The notes: generated by a model from the sequence alone, not told the origin. A DNA stretch of 64,000 nucleotides from Octopus vulgaris (GCA_951406725.2 OX597824.1:1922001-1986000); one strand, 5' to 3'. Shown: positions 26,536 to 40,107, numbered from the stretch's first letter. Made by a program: numbers and translations.

Positions 26536-27726
26536 GTCTACTTTAGCCCTTATATGACTTTGGGGTTAGAAGAATAATGAGTGCGGTTAACTAGTGATTA
26601 TATCGCTCCCTTACAAAAGTACGTTATTGTGATGAGAGAAATTGTAATTATGGATGTAAACCTTATTTAACCCTACAGGTAATAAATAAGATGGGCTAAA
26701 CTTTCTACATTAACCCAACTTGCACGGTATTTATCGTTATGAAATTATTAACTTATTTTTCAAATATTATTTTACATTTAATTGTACAAGTAATGCCAAT
26801 AACATTTCAGTAATATTTGATCAGTTTACTTCGATTTCGAATACATGCAAATGTTTACTCTCTTATTTGAATGTTATTGTCATTTTCTTTGAAAATTCTA
26901 TATTTTCACTAATAAATTATTATTGCATTTCCTTGCCAGTAATTCTGCTATTAAGTCGACAACTACAGCTAGTTTGAAAAAGATACCAATAGAAAACAAA
27001 TCGATACACATTTATAAACGGATACTATTTTATAAACGACTATGGAACGTGCCAGACAATTTCAGATATAAAAAGGAAAATATTAATGTCTCCAATAAAA
27101 AAGCTGAAAATTTAATTCACAATAATAGTTCAGTTATTAATGTGTACCAATAATGGAGTTTTATATTTTACAATACATTCAGTTCTAAGATAGAGGAAAT
27201 TAATAGAAAATAAAGCATACCACTTTAAGCGTTGAGCAGATGTGGGTGTTCTTTTAAAATATTAAAATGTGTGAAGCAGGAATGTGAAAGGTGTGCAGTC
27301 TTTATATTTTCGTTGTTAGCCTTTCATTGAAAGCGTTTATTTTATATTTTGTTATTGTTTTATGGAGAATGATTTTAATGTCGTGATATTCATAAATAGA
27401 AAGAAAATGATGTTTTGTGAAAGGAAATAGTAATTTTATTTTAAACAAAGTTGATAATTTACTGACTGAACTGACGTTAAACTTTACCGGGAAATTCATT
27501 TTATTGAACTTTCGTAGTTACGAAGTGCGTGCAACGATCTATGTTTCCAAGTTCGATGCGGTCTTCAGCGGTGAAAGTTACTGTTTTTTTTTATTTAATA
27601 GCATGAAGAAGGGATTGTTACACAAAATGCATGTAATCCTACCGCATAATTTAAAGTTGCAACATTCCATAGTAGTATGCTGGTACAGAAAGAATAGATG
27701 AAAAGACGACATCATGACCCGGGGAG

Positions 27727-28140
27727 AGTTAGTTAGTTAGTTATTTAGTTAATTTGGCTCAAAAGCAAATAGCAAGGCCATGTAGGGGGACATGGAGTTA
27801 AGTACAGGGTGGTGTTCATGTAAAGAGTTCAGGCCACTTGAGGTCCAGGGAGGTTTTGAACAAAGCGGTCGTCGGCATCTTCACCATCTCGTCTGGCAGC
27901 TTGTTCCACGGATCCGCAACCCGGACGGAGAAAGCTCCTCTCCTTCGATTGAGATGAAATCGTCGCAGGTAGAGCTTTTCGGAATGACCCCGCAGCCGAT
28001 GCTCCGGAGCAGGAGTGAAGAACAGCTCTTTCGAGAGGTTACACTTCCCGCTTATGATGTTGTGGGCGAGAATGAGATCACCACGGCGGCGGCGTTTTTC
28101 AAGAGAACAAAGGTCGAGCGTCCTCAGCCTTTCTTCGTAA
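27727..28140 (-). mobile_element. 3' end of a CR1-type LINE with a (TAAC)n tail
   Basis: Minus translation YEERLRTLDLCSLEKRRRRGDLILAHNII...RLRGHSEKL...RRGAFSVRVADPWNKLPDEMV...FKTSLD, open to the stop at ~27816. Confidence 0.85.
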
Positions 28141-28618
28141 AGGAGATTATGCAGAAAACTAGGATTTGACTATACATGAAGCGAAGAAAGTACTAGAAAG
28201 TAAGAGATATAAGATGTCGTGGGTCTTAAACATTCAGGCTGACAGAATAATTGATGGTAGACTGCCTGATTTAGTAGTAGTAGATAAAGAGAATAGAAAG
28301 AGCCAGATAATTGACTTTATAGTCCCGATTGATGAAAAATCATTATGAGAAGTATAGGAAAATAGCAAAGTAGCAGGTCCTAGCAAGTGCAGGTAAAATG
28401 AATACCAGCAATTATAGGTGCATTGGGGACTATACCTAAACATTTGAACTGATGCATAGACGAACTAGGCATAAGCCCAGTTTAGTACAGCTCCAGGAAT
28501 TAGTATTATTAGGGACAACTACAATAATTAGGAGGATTCTTCGCATCTCAGGTTACTTGTTGTAGCCCAATGTTGGGAATTTTTCTTTTACGACAGTCTC
28601 ATCTGTTGCGCGTATTTG

Positions 28619-28652
<34 letters not shown>

Positions 28653-28660
28653 AATAATAA
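28141..28660 (+). mobile_element. 3' end of an R4/Dong-type element with a (CAA)n(TAA)n tail
   Basis: KVLESKRYKMSW..IQADRIIDGRLPDLVVVDKENRKSQIIDFIVPID (RLE PD..D motif), then IIGALGTIPK and LLGTTTIIRRIL. Confidence 0.8.
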
Positions 28661-29992
28661 TGTTTACCTTGTAAAATATTATACGTTGACAAAACGGTGA
28701 ACCAATACATGACAGTACTGCGAAAGTTTATATAAAACGTGCAAAACAAGAAAAATAACAAATGCAAATTCTTAAAACTTAAAACAAAGAAAACATTTCA
28801 AAATGGAGACTTTCGTCGACTGATCGTCACATCTCATAAAACTTCAGCCACCCTTGCCATTAAATCAGGTACCCTCTCCCAGCTGTTCTTGTTCATTCTC
28901 CAGGTGTATACTACTCAGAGACGAGCCTTTCGGTCATAACGTGTTCCACACTCTCATTCTTCTTTCAACAAATTTATAGACGAAAATGCCATATATGGGA
29001 AAATATAAGTTTTCGTAGGTGCATTCCAAGAATGAATCGAACACGGTACTGCTCCTATCCTCTGAGCTAGGCGGTTGTGTATTTCGCTATTAAATGTTTG
29101 CGAAAGACACGGCACAATACGGACAATAGGCGTTTGAATTGTCTCAGTTTTCTTAATGAGACTGCAGTGCCAATTCGAAATCAGATCACGTGTATTAGTT
29201 AGCTACTATTGAAACCTTTCAGGTTGATTTGTCCTCGATACACACCATACGGTAAGGTTTCCACTGTACTCGTATGATACTATGACATGTGCGGGCGACT
29301 CATTACCATTATCTCTAATCTGGCATGGAAATAGGCATTATTGATTATTGATCAGTTTTGCCTGGATGTATTGAGAAAGATAACAAAAGGAGAGACTATA
29401 TTGTTTTAAAGCGAATCAATATTCCTGGTGAAATGCTTTATCATTTAGAAATGTGAATATTTAGTTACATTAACGTTTTTGTTGTTGTTTTCTCTCCCCT
29501 AACTTTGAAACAATGAAATTAAATTAAACACTGTCCGAGCTGATATCACTTTCCCTAAATAGCAATTAAATACGGAGGATCTCTTGCACAGAGCATACGC
29601 TGCGAATCGCTCAGCGTTTTGCCTATGTAATGCTATCGGAATTTAGGAATATAAAACAGAAAATTCTCTTGAAGCACCTCACCATTAACATCAATATGGG
29701 ATTCAGAGATATTTGTGGTTATCGTTTTTTTTCTTTTCGGTTTTGCGACATTGTCGCTTCTTCCTCTCTGACTATTCCTCCTTTCCTCATACAATCAATA
29801 AATTATAAGCAATTAAATTATCTGTGTCACGAAGAAATCTCGTTTTATTCGAGATCCAACATCTGAGGATTGTGATATATGCAGGTTATTAAAAGAGAGA
29901 AAAAGAAAACAACACCGAAATGATAAAGATAACGCACGTTGACAACCTCTGCGTATATCTCATTCATTGCTATGAAATACAGATATCACCAT

Positions 29993-30066
<74 letters not shown>

Positions 30067-30309
30067 CATATACATATATGTGTGTGTAAGTTAATATGTC
30101 TGTGTGTGAATGCGTGTGAATGAATATATATACATACGCGCGCGCACACATATAGATACGTAGACGCTGTATATATATGCATATACACATACATACATTC
30201 GTAATTTATGCATACAGAACGTAGATAGAAAGAAAAAAAACATTCAGTGATATTTCACCATTAATATTATCTCCTGTATTTTACATTTGAATTCCGAAGA
30301 CACATATAC

Positions 30310-30340
<31 letters not shown>

Positions 30341-30412
30341 CATACATACATACATACATACATACATACATACATACATACGTACGTACGTACATACATA
30401 CATACATACAAC

Positions 30413-31065
30413 AGTGATGTTGACAGGCTCTTCCTTAGAGGAAATGGAAGTGGTAGAGGCCTGAGATCAGGGCACACAGCCTTCGAATGTCGTATGGTAT
30501 CACTCAGGCAGCACCTGCTAAACAACAGCAGCAAAAATAAATATACAAATGCAGTGCTGAAAAGTGAATTCAGCAACATTGTACGAGTTGGTCGTGAATT
30601 CTTCAAGACGCACTGACTTCCTGATGATCTCTTATACAACCCCAAAACAGCTGGGCTCTCGTATCTCAGAGAAGACCTGGATGAAAAGCACTCAGCATAC
30701 ACAACAAGGAAAAGCACTATGCATGGGTATGTTGCTCGGAAGCTAGAAGAAGACAATAGAACTGACACGAGGCGCAGCTCTCTTGGTCACAAATCCTCTA
30801 CATCACACCACTCTTTGAAGGCTATGCGTTTGCAATCCAGGAACAGCAGATTACCACAAAGTAGCTGGTGAACAAGAGAGACATTGACGCTCTTGTAATC
30901 ACAAGGTGCAACTGCACGTGTAGCCTATGTCATGTTTCTGTGGAAGACATTTAGCAGCTGTCCTAAAATGTCGTCGCGGTATAACCTCCCTATGCAGCAC
31001 GAAGTTGTCGCTAAGAAAATTTACAATGCCACCAGCAAAAAAGACTGTCCTGAAATAAACTTTAG
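30413..31065 (+). mobile_element. R4/Dong-type fragment (post-RT region and zinc knuckle)
   Basis: DVDRLFL..GSGRGLRS, ALHGY, FEGYAFAIQEQQITTK, CSLCHVSVEDI; frameshifted. Confidence 0.7.
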
Positions 31066-31182
31066 AAATCTCTACATTTTAAATTGATGTAATTAAATGA
31101 TTACATTGTTCAATTAAATGGAGTTGCATGAAACGATCGTACTGCATTACCTCTGGATATCCTTGTTGCTTATTGTGATATA

Positions 31183-31549
31183 TACTCTTTTACTCTTTAC
31201 TCTTTTACTTGTTTCAGTCATTTGACTGCGGCCATGCTGGAGCACCACCTTTTAGTACTTATTCTATCGGTCTCTTTTTGCCGAACCGCTAAGTGACGGG
31301 GACATAAACACACCAGCATCGGTTGTCAAGCAATGCTAGGGGGACAAACACAGACACACAAACACACACACATATACATATATATATATACGACAGGCTT
31401 CTTTCAGTTTCCGTCTACCAAATCCACTCACAAGGCATTGGTCGGCGCGGGGCTATAGCAGAAGACACTTGCCCAAGATGCCACGCAGTGGGACTGAACC
31501 CGCAACCGTGTGGTTGGTTAGCAAGCTACTTACCACACAGCCACTCCTG
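31183..31549 (-). mobile_element. tRNA-derived SINE (same family as 3420 and 63022)
   Basis: Minus strand CAGGAGTGGCTGTGTGGTAAG...GGGTTCAGTCCCACTGCGTGGCATCTTGGGCAAGTGTCTTC; internal (TA)/(TG) repeat; (AAAGAGTA)n tail. Confidence 0.9.
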
Positions 31550-31779
31550 TATAATATATATATATTCCTATTATCATTTATGAAAGGTGCTCTGGCAGAA
31601 TCTGAATAGAAATTAGGAAGAACAATTGGAATCGGTGGAAATCGTTTTCAGATCCATGTTCGAATTCTTCGGATATGCCAATACTAATCGACAAATGCTA
31701 TTCTCATTATGTTCGAGATAACCCTGAAATCACTTCGCAAAAGAGTCACATTAAATAATGTGATTGTCGATATACTAGT

Positions 31780-32650
31780 TGTGAAACTAGACAGGAAGAT
31801 TATAGCCTTCATATCTGTTATAAGAAATAAAATCGGGTATTTTGCACGCATTCGAAAATAGTTACGAATATCGATTCACGCTCTTGGACTCGCGGCTTGA
31901 AACCTATTTCTCAAACGAGATAATATTCTTCTATTTTCTTTTTCATTTCAGGAACTCTTTTGAATCTATCATTGTTTCTGTTACTCTTCAACGACAGCGA
32001 ATGATGTTCTTTTGGAATTTGCGTTTCTATTCTACTTCATGTTAGACATGGTGTCCTTGGTACGCTATTTTTATAGCTGTGAAATTCTATCTTTTTCTAT
32101 CATAATCCCTATGCTCTTTTCAGATTATCAGTTTTTCATCATGTGTCCTTCGAATCGGTTTTGGTCTGTCGTATACGCGTGTGCACGTTAGATTCTGTCG
32201 TATTTTCATGGTTGTTTTTTTAATTTTCTATTTGTTATGTAACGATGTCAGTTTCATTGCTTTCTTTCCAATTTCCTTTTTACATATTTCCTTGGTGTTA
32301 GTCATGCTCGAGTTCTGTTTATATCAAGCTTGACTTTATGAGATACTCCTTAAAAATGAATTTGCGTGTCTAATATTCGGATTGGCAGTTGCTGGGACAA
32401 ATTATTGTGGGGGTCATGTTGCATGAATATAGTTTATGTTAAAACTGCTTTGGTCATGTTTCGCCGTAATCCGTACTTTTATGCTCATATATTCTACTCG
32501 ATTCTCTCGCCTTTTCATTTTTCTATGATTCTCAGAAGTCGTTTTCAATGTCAATTCAAGCCTCACCTTCGTAATACCTGTTTTAATTCTGCACGTTTTT
32601 CATTTGGCGATAGCAATTCTTCTAATTTGTATCATCCATAGTTTTGCTGT
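31780..32650 (-). pseudogene. Possible very old LINE reverse-transcriptase remnant
   Basis: Only weak echoes of GFR and ID..KAFD motifs with many indels. Confidence 0.2.
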
Positions 32651-33780
32651 CAGAAAACATGCATATAAAACACAGATTTGCATTTACTGGAAGCAAAATT
32701 GCTTTGTCACGTCCACGCGTTGAGGTTAAACAGTTCGGATGAAGATAATCTGTTTGAATCTAGAGGTTAAAGCAAATGCCTAAGATCTTCACAATATACG
32801 TATTTTAATAGAACTCTACACATTAGCAAATCTTGAAATGAAATGATTCCAGCGTAAATTTGAGTGATGGTAGTATATTCTGCTGCAATAGATTTTTCAA
32901 TTTTGACAGCAGTACCAATATTTATTAGGATATAATGCAGCATACTAAACGACATATACTGCCAACTAGGATAATTTTAAACCTATCATTCTATTGTCCT
33001 TAGGCCATGCGGATACGATTCACAGCTGGATATTTATTTCTTTTTATGTAAAACAAAAGAAATCTACTTCATCCATTATTTAAGTAGATTGATTTCAAAC
33101 TGAAAAACCTTCGTGTAAAGCCAAGACGATGACATTTTGTTTCAGATAATCAATTCCATAAATACGAGGTATTATGCTTTTGTTGTAAATTAACGGTTAT
33201 TCCTTTATTAGTTAACGACAAAGCATCGCTAAACATTTTATCTTCCTATATACAATTATTTACTTTGAGTGAAACATGAACAATGCGCTACATAAAAGAA
33301 AAAAAAAAACACAAACTTCCGAGACGTATGTCTTATCTAAAACTAAGCCAAAAAGACAATTATTGCCACAAAAACTAGAAAAGTTTTAAAAATAATGTTC
33401 CATTTCTACTAACATACCTGAATTCTGATATTTTGATATGCTCCAAATAAACTTTCCTACAATACACAAAACATAAGTGTATTATAGTGAAACGTGTCCT
33501 ATTCTTAGAGTAATTTGAGTCAGTTTTGCAAAAGATCTTGCTGATAAACCACCAGGAACTGGAAGCGATATGTTTTTTTTTTTCGGGGATTTCTTATTTG
33601 GTTATTTCAAAATTTCCAATACAACAATTCCCTTGATACACTAAAGTTTATCTTCAAAGACATTTTCGTTCTCTTTCCTCTCGTCAGTTTTATCAGCGCA
33701 CACATTTACCTGGTATTTCGTGTTTGACATTTTACACGGTCGAGAATATATATAGGTATATCTATGCATGTGTGTGTGCT

Positions 33781-33831
<51 letters not shown>

Positions 33832-33891
33832 ATGTGTATATATATATATACATAGTCATACATATATATACACATACATATAAAGACATAT

Positions 33892-33983
<92 letters not shown>

Positions 33984-34087
33984 ATATAGGTTCAGCAAAA
34001 TTTAGATTCAGATGAATATAGTGCTTAAGTCAAAGGCACCAGAATTTTGTATGGTGTTATCCATATAAATCCATGGGGTGATTATAA

Positions 34088-34189
34088 TCAAGAATAAGCG
34101 ACAAGTATATCCGAGGTAATGTGCTACAATGAAGTAGCATGAAACGATTGTACTACATTACCTCCGATATACTTGTTGCTTATTCTTGA
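34088..34189. repeat. 35-bp-arm hairpin whose loop holds a partial HHR (GAAACGATTGTA); related copy at ~31118-31180
   Basis: TCAAGAATAAGCGACAAGTATATCCGAGGTAATGT vs ACATTACCTCCGATATACTTGTTGCTTATTCTTGA. The 31118 copy has GAAACGATCGTA with palindromic stem III. Confidence 0.75.
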
Positions 34190-34433
34190 CATATATATAT
34201 GTATATATATGTGATCACATGCATACGATGAACTGGGAAATGTACAGAAAAGTGTGTATATGAAATGCTATATAAAGCAGGAAAAGTTTATATAGAGATG
34301 TACGTGCTTTTGTATGTTCAATTATCTATCTATGTAGCTGTCTATTTATTTCTGGATGCATCTATATTTATATATTCATTTATCTATCTCTTTATATATG
34401 CGCATGGGTATATGTTTGTAAGTTGTATGCATT

Positions 34434-34501
<68 letters not shown>

Positions 34502-35389
34502 ATATGTATTGAGAGAGAGAGAGAGAAAAGAGAGTGAGAGAAATCCTATGACTTTATCCAGCAATTTTCGTTAAAAAACTGATTAAAAAAGAGTGCCTGT
34601 AAAGATAAGTGTAAATATATAAAATTGTAGCTATGATCCCACATTAGCAAACGGAGTTCAACTGGTAAATACGATAATGTTCAAGGAAATAAAGGCATTG
34701 GAAGAATAAAGATAAAATAGTAAACAAGAATTTAAGAAGAATTTAGATGAGAAGAAGGAACGAAATTACCAAACGTTGACAAAATATTTTGACGCAAAAA
34801 AGAGTTTATCGCGTTTCTACGCAACCGAAGAAATATTCGATATTTTCAATTTCTGCTCAAGTACTATTATGAAACTTTTGTGTGTATGTAAATCTGTGAA
34901 TGGATACGTGTGTGTGTGTATAAATGTGTGTGTGTATGTATTTATATATATATCGAGAGACAGAGAGAGAGAGACACGCACACACAATGAGAGAGATACG
35001 AAATTGTATACGGCACATTGCACATATGTGTGTTTGATACATTTGTATGGATGCACACACACATTGCACATTATATATGCATGTGTGTGTGTTTACTGCT
35101 GCAGTCACATGTTCATAGGAGATTAAGCAAGACTCAAGTAAGTTGCGAAAACAAATTCTAAGTACTAACGTTACATCTTAATATATTTAGTAGGAAACAA
35201 TATGTTCAGCGAAATACATCTTTTATTTTTTTACTTTCGAAGACATTTTCCACACACCTTTGTGGAAGGGTGGAAATTTATATGAGTGGGAATAGTGGAG
35301 TTTTAGCTAGTAAGTTCTGTAGGTCCTGATAGTATTTCTTCACTTACTCCCTCTTTATCACATGTGGCAACATAAACCAGAATTATATC

Positions 35390-35680
35390 AGCGTGGAATT
35401 TCCTGAAATAGCTGTGCTTAGCACCCAAGATTGCAGCACAGGATTTTCCTTCCTCACTTCTTTATTTACGATGAAATATAAATCATCTCTTGCTCTTTCC
35501 TCTCCTGACTTTCCTAGTCTCGCAAGACCTTCGTCCATCAACTGCACACGAACGTCTTTCCTACGCTGTGTTTCGCGGAATATTTGATCATAATATCCTC
35601 CATTCTTTTGTTTGGTCATAACTGTTTTTCTACATTTCTAGGCAACGTACGCGTACCTGAGGTTCTTAACACACTCTGGT
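35390..35680 (-). pseudogene. Degenerate APE-endonuclease N-terminus of an RTE-type LINE
   Basis: GTRTL...YDQIFRETQRR...G...RLGKSG...FIVNKE resembles NARTL...DIIGL.ETRR...GVGFIVNK. Confidence 0.4.
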
Positions 35681-36784
35681 CGCTTGTATTTTGTTCCGAT
35701 GATCTAGAATTGTCCAGCTGACTTGTAAGTGTATGGATTCTTTCCTTTTGCTTTGTATTAGGTTTTATATGAGAGTAACTCTTTGAGAGGCACTTCTCGA
35801 TGGAGAAGCAACGCATTAATATTTTCAATATGACACTGCTCTAGGATGCCATCAAGAAAGAAACACAGAATTAGCTTGAAGATATCAACGCAGATTGTAC
35901 TTCACTTGGCTAGAAGCTGGAAGGCTGAATTAAGGTTGATCACTTTAACTTGCGAAATTGGTGCGCTGCAGATTCGATAAACATTCCTTTAGGGATCCAT
36001 GAGAAGAACTACGCTATATAAGTCGGAGGTGAGAAAACTCAAGACTAAAGATAGGCTCAAGCTGACGGGCACAAAGTTGGGAGAAGAAATCTGTCAAACG
36101 CTTAACACAAATATTTTTTAACTTCCAGTATTGCTCGATCAAAAGAGTTTTAAAAAGTACCACTCATTTTTGCCAGAGAAATATTATATATTTTGAATCT
36201 GGTGAAGAAAGATAAATCCTCACGAAAAGATGTTATCACAATGAAAATGTTAAAGAAAGCAGTGAACTACCTTGGAAAAAGAATCGTTCTCTGTAAGAAA
36301 ACCAACGTAAATGAAAGAGAATACCCGCTTTGCGGAAAGAGTGAAATTGCTATCGTGTTTTATATGTGAAGTAATATGGAACTCGTCGCTTTTGTCTTAT
36401 TTCTGAAATCTTACTTTCCAAACATTCAAAACGTCGCCACCACCGAATATTTTCACCCACATCATTTACATCTGCTGTCCAAATATTTAGTGAAACATAT
36501 TGCCCCGGGTACCTATTTTCATAGTTTCCACATATTAATTTAGTGATACATATTTTCCTTTGGCTACGTGAGACATTGTGACACAAACCATGTTTATATT
36601 GGACACATACATATCTATATGTGTGTGTGTGTGTGTGTGTGTTTCTTAAGCAGTATCGAGTTATACAATTCTGTAAATAATAATAATAGTATTTTTATAA
36701 GCTTAAAGCTTATAGCGATCACTGCGTAGTGACTAAAGAAAATAGTCTAATATTGGGGCAATTAAGAAAAAAAGCAGGATTTCT

Positions 36785-36856
36785 CGTACGCTCGGGACAC
36801 GAATCCACATCACTTTGTTTACGCGACAGAGTGTGTTACCGATTACACCAGCGAAC
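36785..36856 (-). pseudogene. tRNA-like sequence (SINE head or tRNA pseudogene)
   Basis: Minus strand GTTCGC TGGTGTAATCGG (A box) ... GGATTCGTGTCC (B box) GAGCGTAC; imperfect cloverleaf. Confidence 0.55.
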
Positions 36857-37174
36857 TATTAGACGGTAGAATATATTTAAGAATATATTTATTATTACGG
36901 TTAGTTTGTACCGGCAGCAGCAGAGGCTGCAGAGTTGAGAATTTGCTGATGATCTCTCTAGTAGCCTCCATCTGCATTTTTAGCCGGAAGAATACTTGGA
37001 ATATTCAACGGAAGAAGTATTATAACCGATTAAGAAAGAAAGAATACATCACATGGCGCAGACGCAGCTACTTATTTCTGAAAGCACAGTTATTTCCTGA
37101 AAGCACCGAAGTGTCTGTTTACATCGAAGCGAAGCGAAGACGGGTATATTATATGTATGTACATATATATATAT

Positions 37175-37205
<31 letters not shown>

Positions 37206-38060
37206 TACATATATTGCAATTTGTCAGAAACAGTGGAACATTAATTCTATTTGTTTCTATTTCTAAGGTTACTTGTCTTTCTTAGTATGCATTGGTCAGC
37301 ATATATAATGGTTATTTTAGCATCGGTGATTAGATAAACGAAAATATACGATGCTTATATATTCGAACAATGAGACAAACAAATAGCAATGGCGCAGTAA
37401 ATCACTTGAAATGTCAGCGTTATATCCTGTGGGATTTCAGTGTTTAACAGATATAGTCAGAAAATACATTCATTTTCTTTTGCATTTACCTATTTAGCAA
37501 CGAGGAAATTTTCTATGTAAATTTAAACGTCTTACCTTTCATAGGAACGGGAACATATTTACGTTACATTGTTGTTGGAGAGAAACAATTCAATGGAAAA
37601 TAGCACGTACTAACGATAAATAATGAAAGTGCTTTGAGTTAACCTTTCAGCTGGGGACATCTAAATTTAAGAATCTATATCTTGCGCAGATATTATTGCA
37701 CTTGTAAGGATGCTAAAATGAAACGTTTCCATAAGAGTATTGCAAAGAAAATGGTGGATGAAGTTTGTTCAATATATAGAACTAAGAATATTCATGTGCG
37801 TTCGAATTCTTGTGAGATTATCTTTGCGTTTAATTTTTCTGGCATTCGTTAAATAAGTTTTGTATTTTATAGTTACGTTTCACCTTTCTGAAGTGGATAA
37901 AACGTGAATGATTGTGGCCGATAAAATATATTCGAAACCCTCATCTTTATCGCAAAGTTTTCGCTTTATATTCTGCGATAATATACCTACATACGTACAT
38001 ACATATATAAATATGTATGTGTATATGTATATGTTTATATATATATATATATATGTATAT

Positions 38061-38091
<31 letters not shown>

Positions 38092-38734
38092 TGTGAGCGT
38101 ATGTGTGTGTATGTGCGTGTGCGCGTAACTACACGTGGAATTAGCGATTTGTGTCATTGTTCTTAGTTGCTCAATGACCTTAATCTCAGCTCCATCCCCC
38201 CCCCCCCACAATGTCGCTGTTGTCCTAAGATCTGAAATTTTGTACAGTTCCTGTATTTCTCTGTGTTTGTGTGTTCGCCCACGCTGCTACCATCGTGATT
38301 ATTGTTGTTGTTGTTGTTATTGCCACCGTTTTCACTGCTTTTGCTGATGCTTTCATTCCTGTTCTTAATATTGTTACGGCCGTCTGTGAAATTACTCCAT
38401 GTGTGTTTGTGTGTATATGGGTTCGCTTCCCATGTTGTTTGTATCCGTGCTCTCTAAATAAAAGTCACGGATATACGTAACAAATGTAAGAAATTATTCA
38501 CCCTACCCCACCAAACAAGTCTTTTACCATATGCTATTATAATCGATCAATACATGATCAATACACTGATCGTTCTCTGCTCCATTCCCCGGTGTGACTT
38601 AACAATTCATCCGTCTGGTTACGTAGATATTAAACCCACATGAATAGTAGAATCCATACAATCAAGATTAATTCTACCCTCCAATAGATTAACCTGATCA
38701 GATGAATGTATCGAACGGATGTCTCTTTTGTTTA

Positions 38735-39262
38735 GACTTCATCTTGCAACCACATGGTTTCGTTTCCATCCCACTTTACGGCAACTTGGGTCAGTGACTT
38801 CGGTTGTATCCTGTCGGACCAATGCCTTTCCAAATGGAAATTGTGAGGATGTCCTTCATATACATACATGTGCGCGCGCGCGACGTGTGTGCGTATGTGT
38901 TTGAATTTCCGTGTGTGTATTTGTGTGTGTGTGTATGTGTGTGTATGTGTGTGTATGTGTGTGTATGTGTGTGTATGCGTGTGTATGTGTGTGTATGCGT
39001 GTGTGTGTGTGTGTATGTGTATGTGTGTGTGTGTATGTGTGTGTGTGTATGTGTGTGTGTGTATGTGTGTGTATGTGTGTGTGTGTGTTTCTCTTCCCCA
39101 GTGCCTTTTGGTTTGTGGTTTACGTTATCGTAAGTCATCGGTTCGGCAAAGACACTGACAGAATAAGAGTTTTAGAATAAGTATTACGGTTGTTTTCTTA
39201 AACCCTTCAAGATAATGCCCCAGTATTGCCGCGGTCCGGTTACTGAAGCAGTCACAAATTTA
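38735..39262 (+). mobile_element. Old copy of the 31183-family SINE with an expanded (TG)n/(TGTA)n interior
   Basis: AACCACATGGTTTCGTTTCCATCCCACT..GGCAACTTGGG; downstream CGGTTCGGCAAAGACACTGACAGAATAAG and GCCCCAGTATTGCCGCGGTC. Confidence 0.65.
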
Positions 39263-39705
39263 ACAGATTATGTTACCTGCAAGAAGGGGTTGAGATTTTT
39301 ATAAACCGAGTCAGAGCACCTGTTTCAAATTATGGCATTGCAAATGAGAGGGGATGGCACATACATATCGTAAGTGCAATTGGTCGAATAGCTAAAAATT
39401 TCGCCTCCAAACTTGAAGGTCCTTTGCTCGATTCCACTTCTTGGCATATTGGGCTAATACTATTTTCTTTAGACTCGAATCGACCCACAATTTGGCATCG
39501 GTGAATGAAACGTAGCACACAAAAACTGCATAATGCCTATTAGATTGGGTTTTATTTGTAATTGGAAAGTTATAACCTAGCAAACGGTATCACATTGATT
39601 CTGCCTGAAAATTACGTTAAAGATACACTCTATGGAATCTTGGACATTTACACATTATTCCAGGAGCTGGAAAAGTGATTAATAGGAAAAAAACTAAATT
39701 TATCA

Positions 39706-39855
39706 TTATTTACATTATTTAACGGATATTCGTCCTCATCTTGTTTGTTGTTAACACAACGTTTCGGCTGATCTACTCCCCAGCCTTCATCAGGCATATC
39801 ACGTGTTGGTTAAATTAAACTACAACAAGATTCCCAGTTCGATTCCAGACAGTGA

Positions 39856-39927
<72 letters not shown>

Positions 39928-40107
39928 CATCGAAAAATACCTTAGGAATGAGGTTCCAAATTTTCCAAAGACACCTGATGAAGGTTGGAGGGTATATCAG
40001 CCGAAACGTTGTGTTAACAACAAACAAGATGAGGACAAATATCCGTCAAATGTAAATAAGGTAATCAATGTAAATGATGTACGTAATTTCACATCTCTTA
40101 AATATAG
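39706..40107 (+). mobile_element. HHR-bearing tRNA-derived SINE, 5'-truncated, with an inverted copy of its 3' part (39706-39794)
   Basis: B box CAGTTCGATTCC (39835), (AAT)n, AAAAATACCTTAGGA, HHR at 39970-40015. Homologous to 60084-60340. Confidence 0.8.
39970..40015 (+). ncRNA. Minimal type I hammerhead ribozyme; inverted copy at ~39753-39794 (-)
   Basis: GACAC-CTGATGA-aGGTTGG..TCAGCC-GAAA-CG-TT-GTGTT; loop-less palindromic stem III (AACGTT). Confidence 0.75.
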
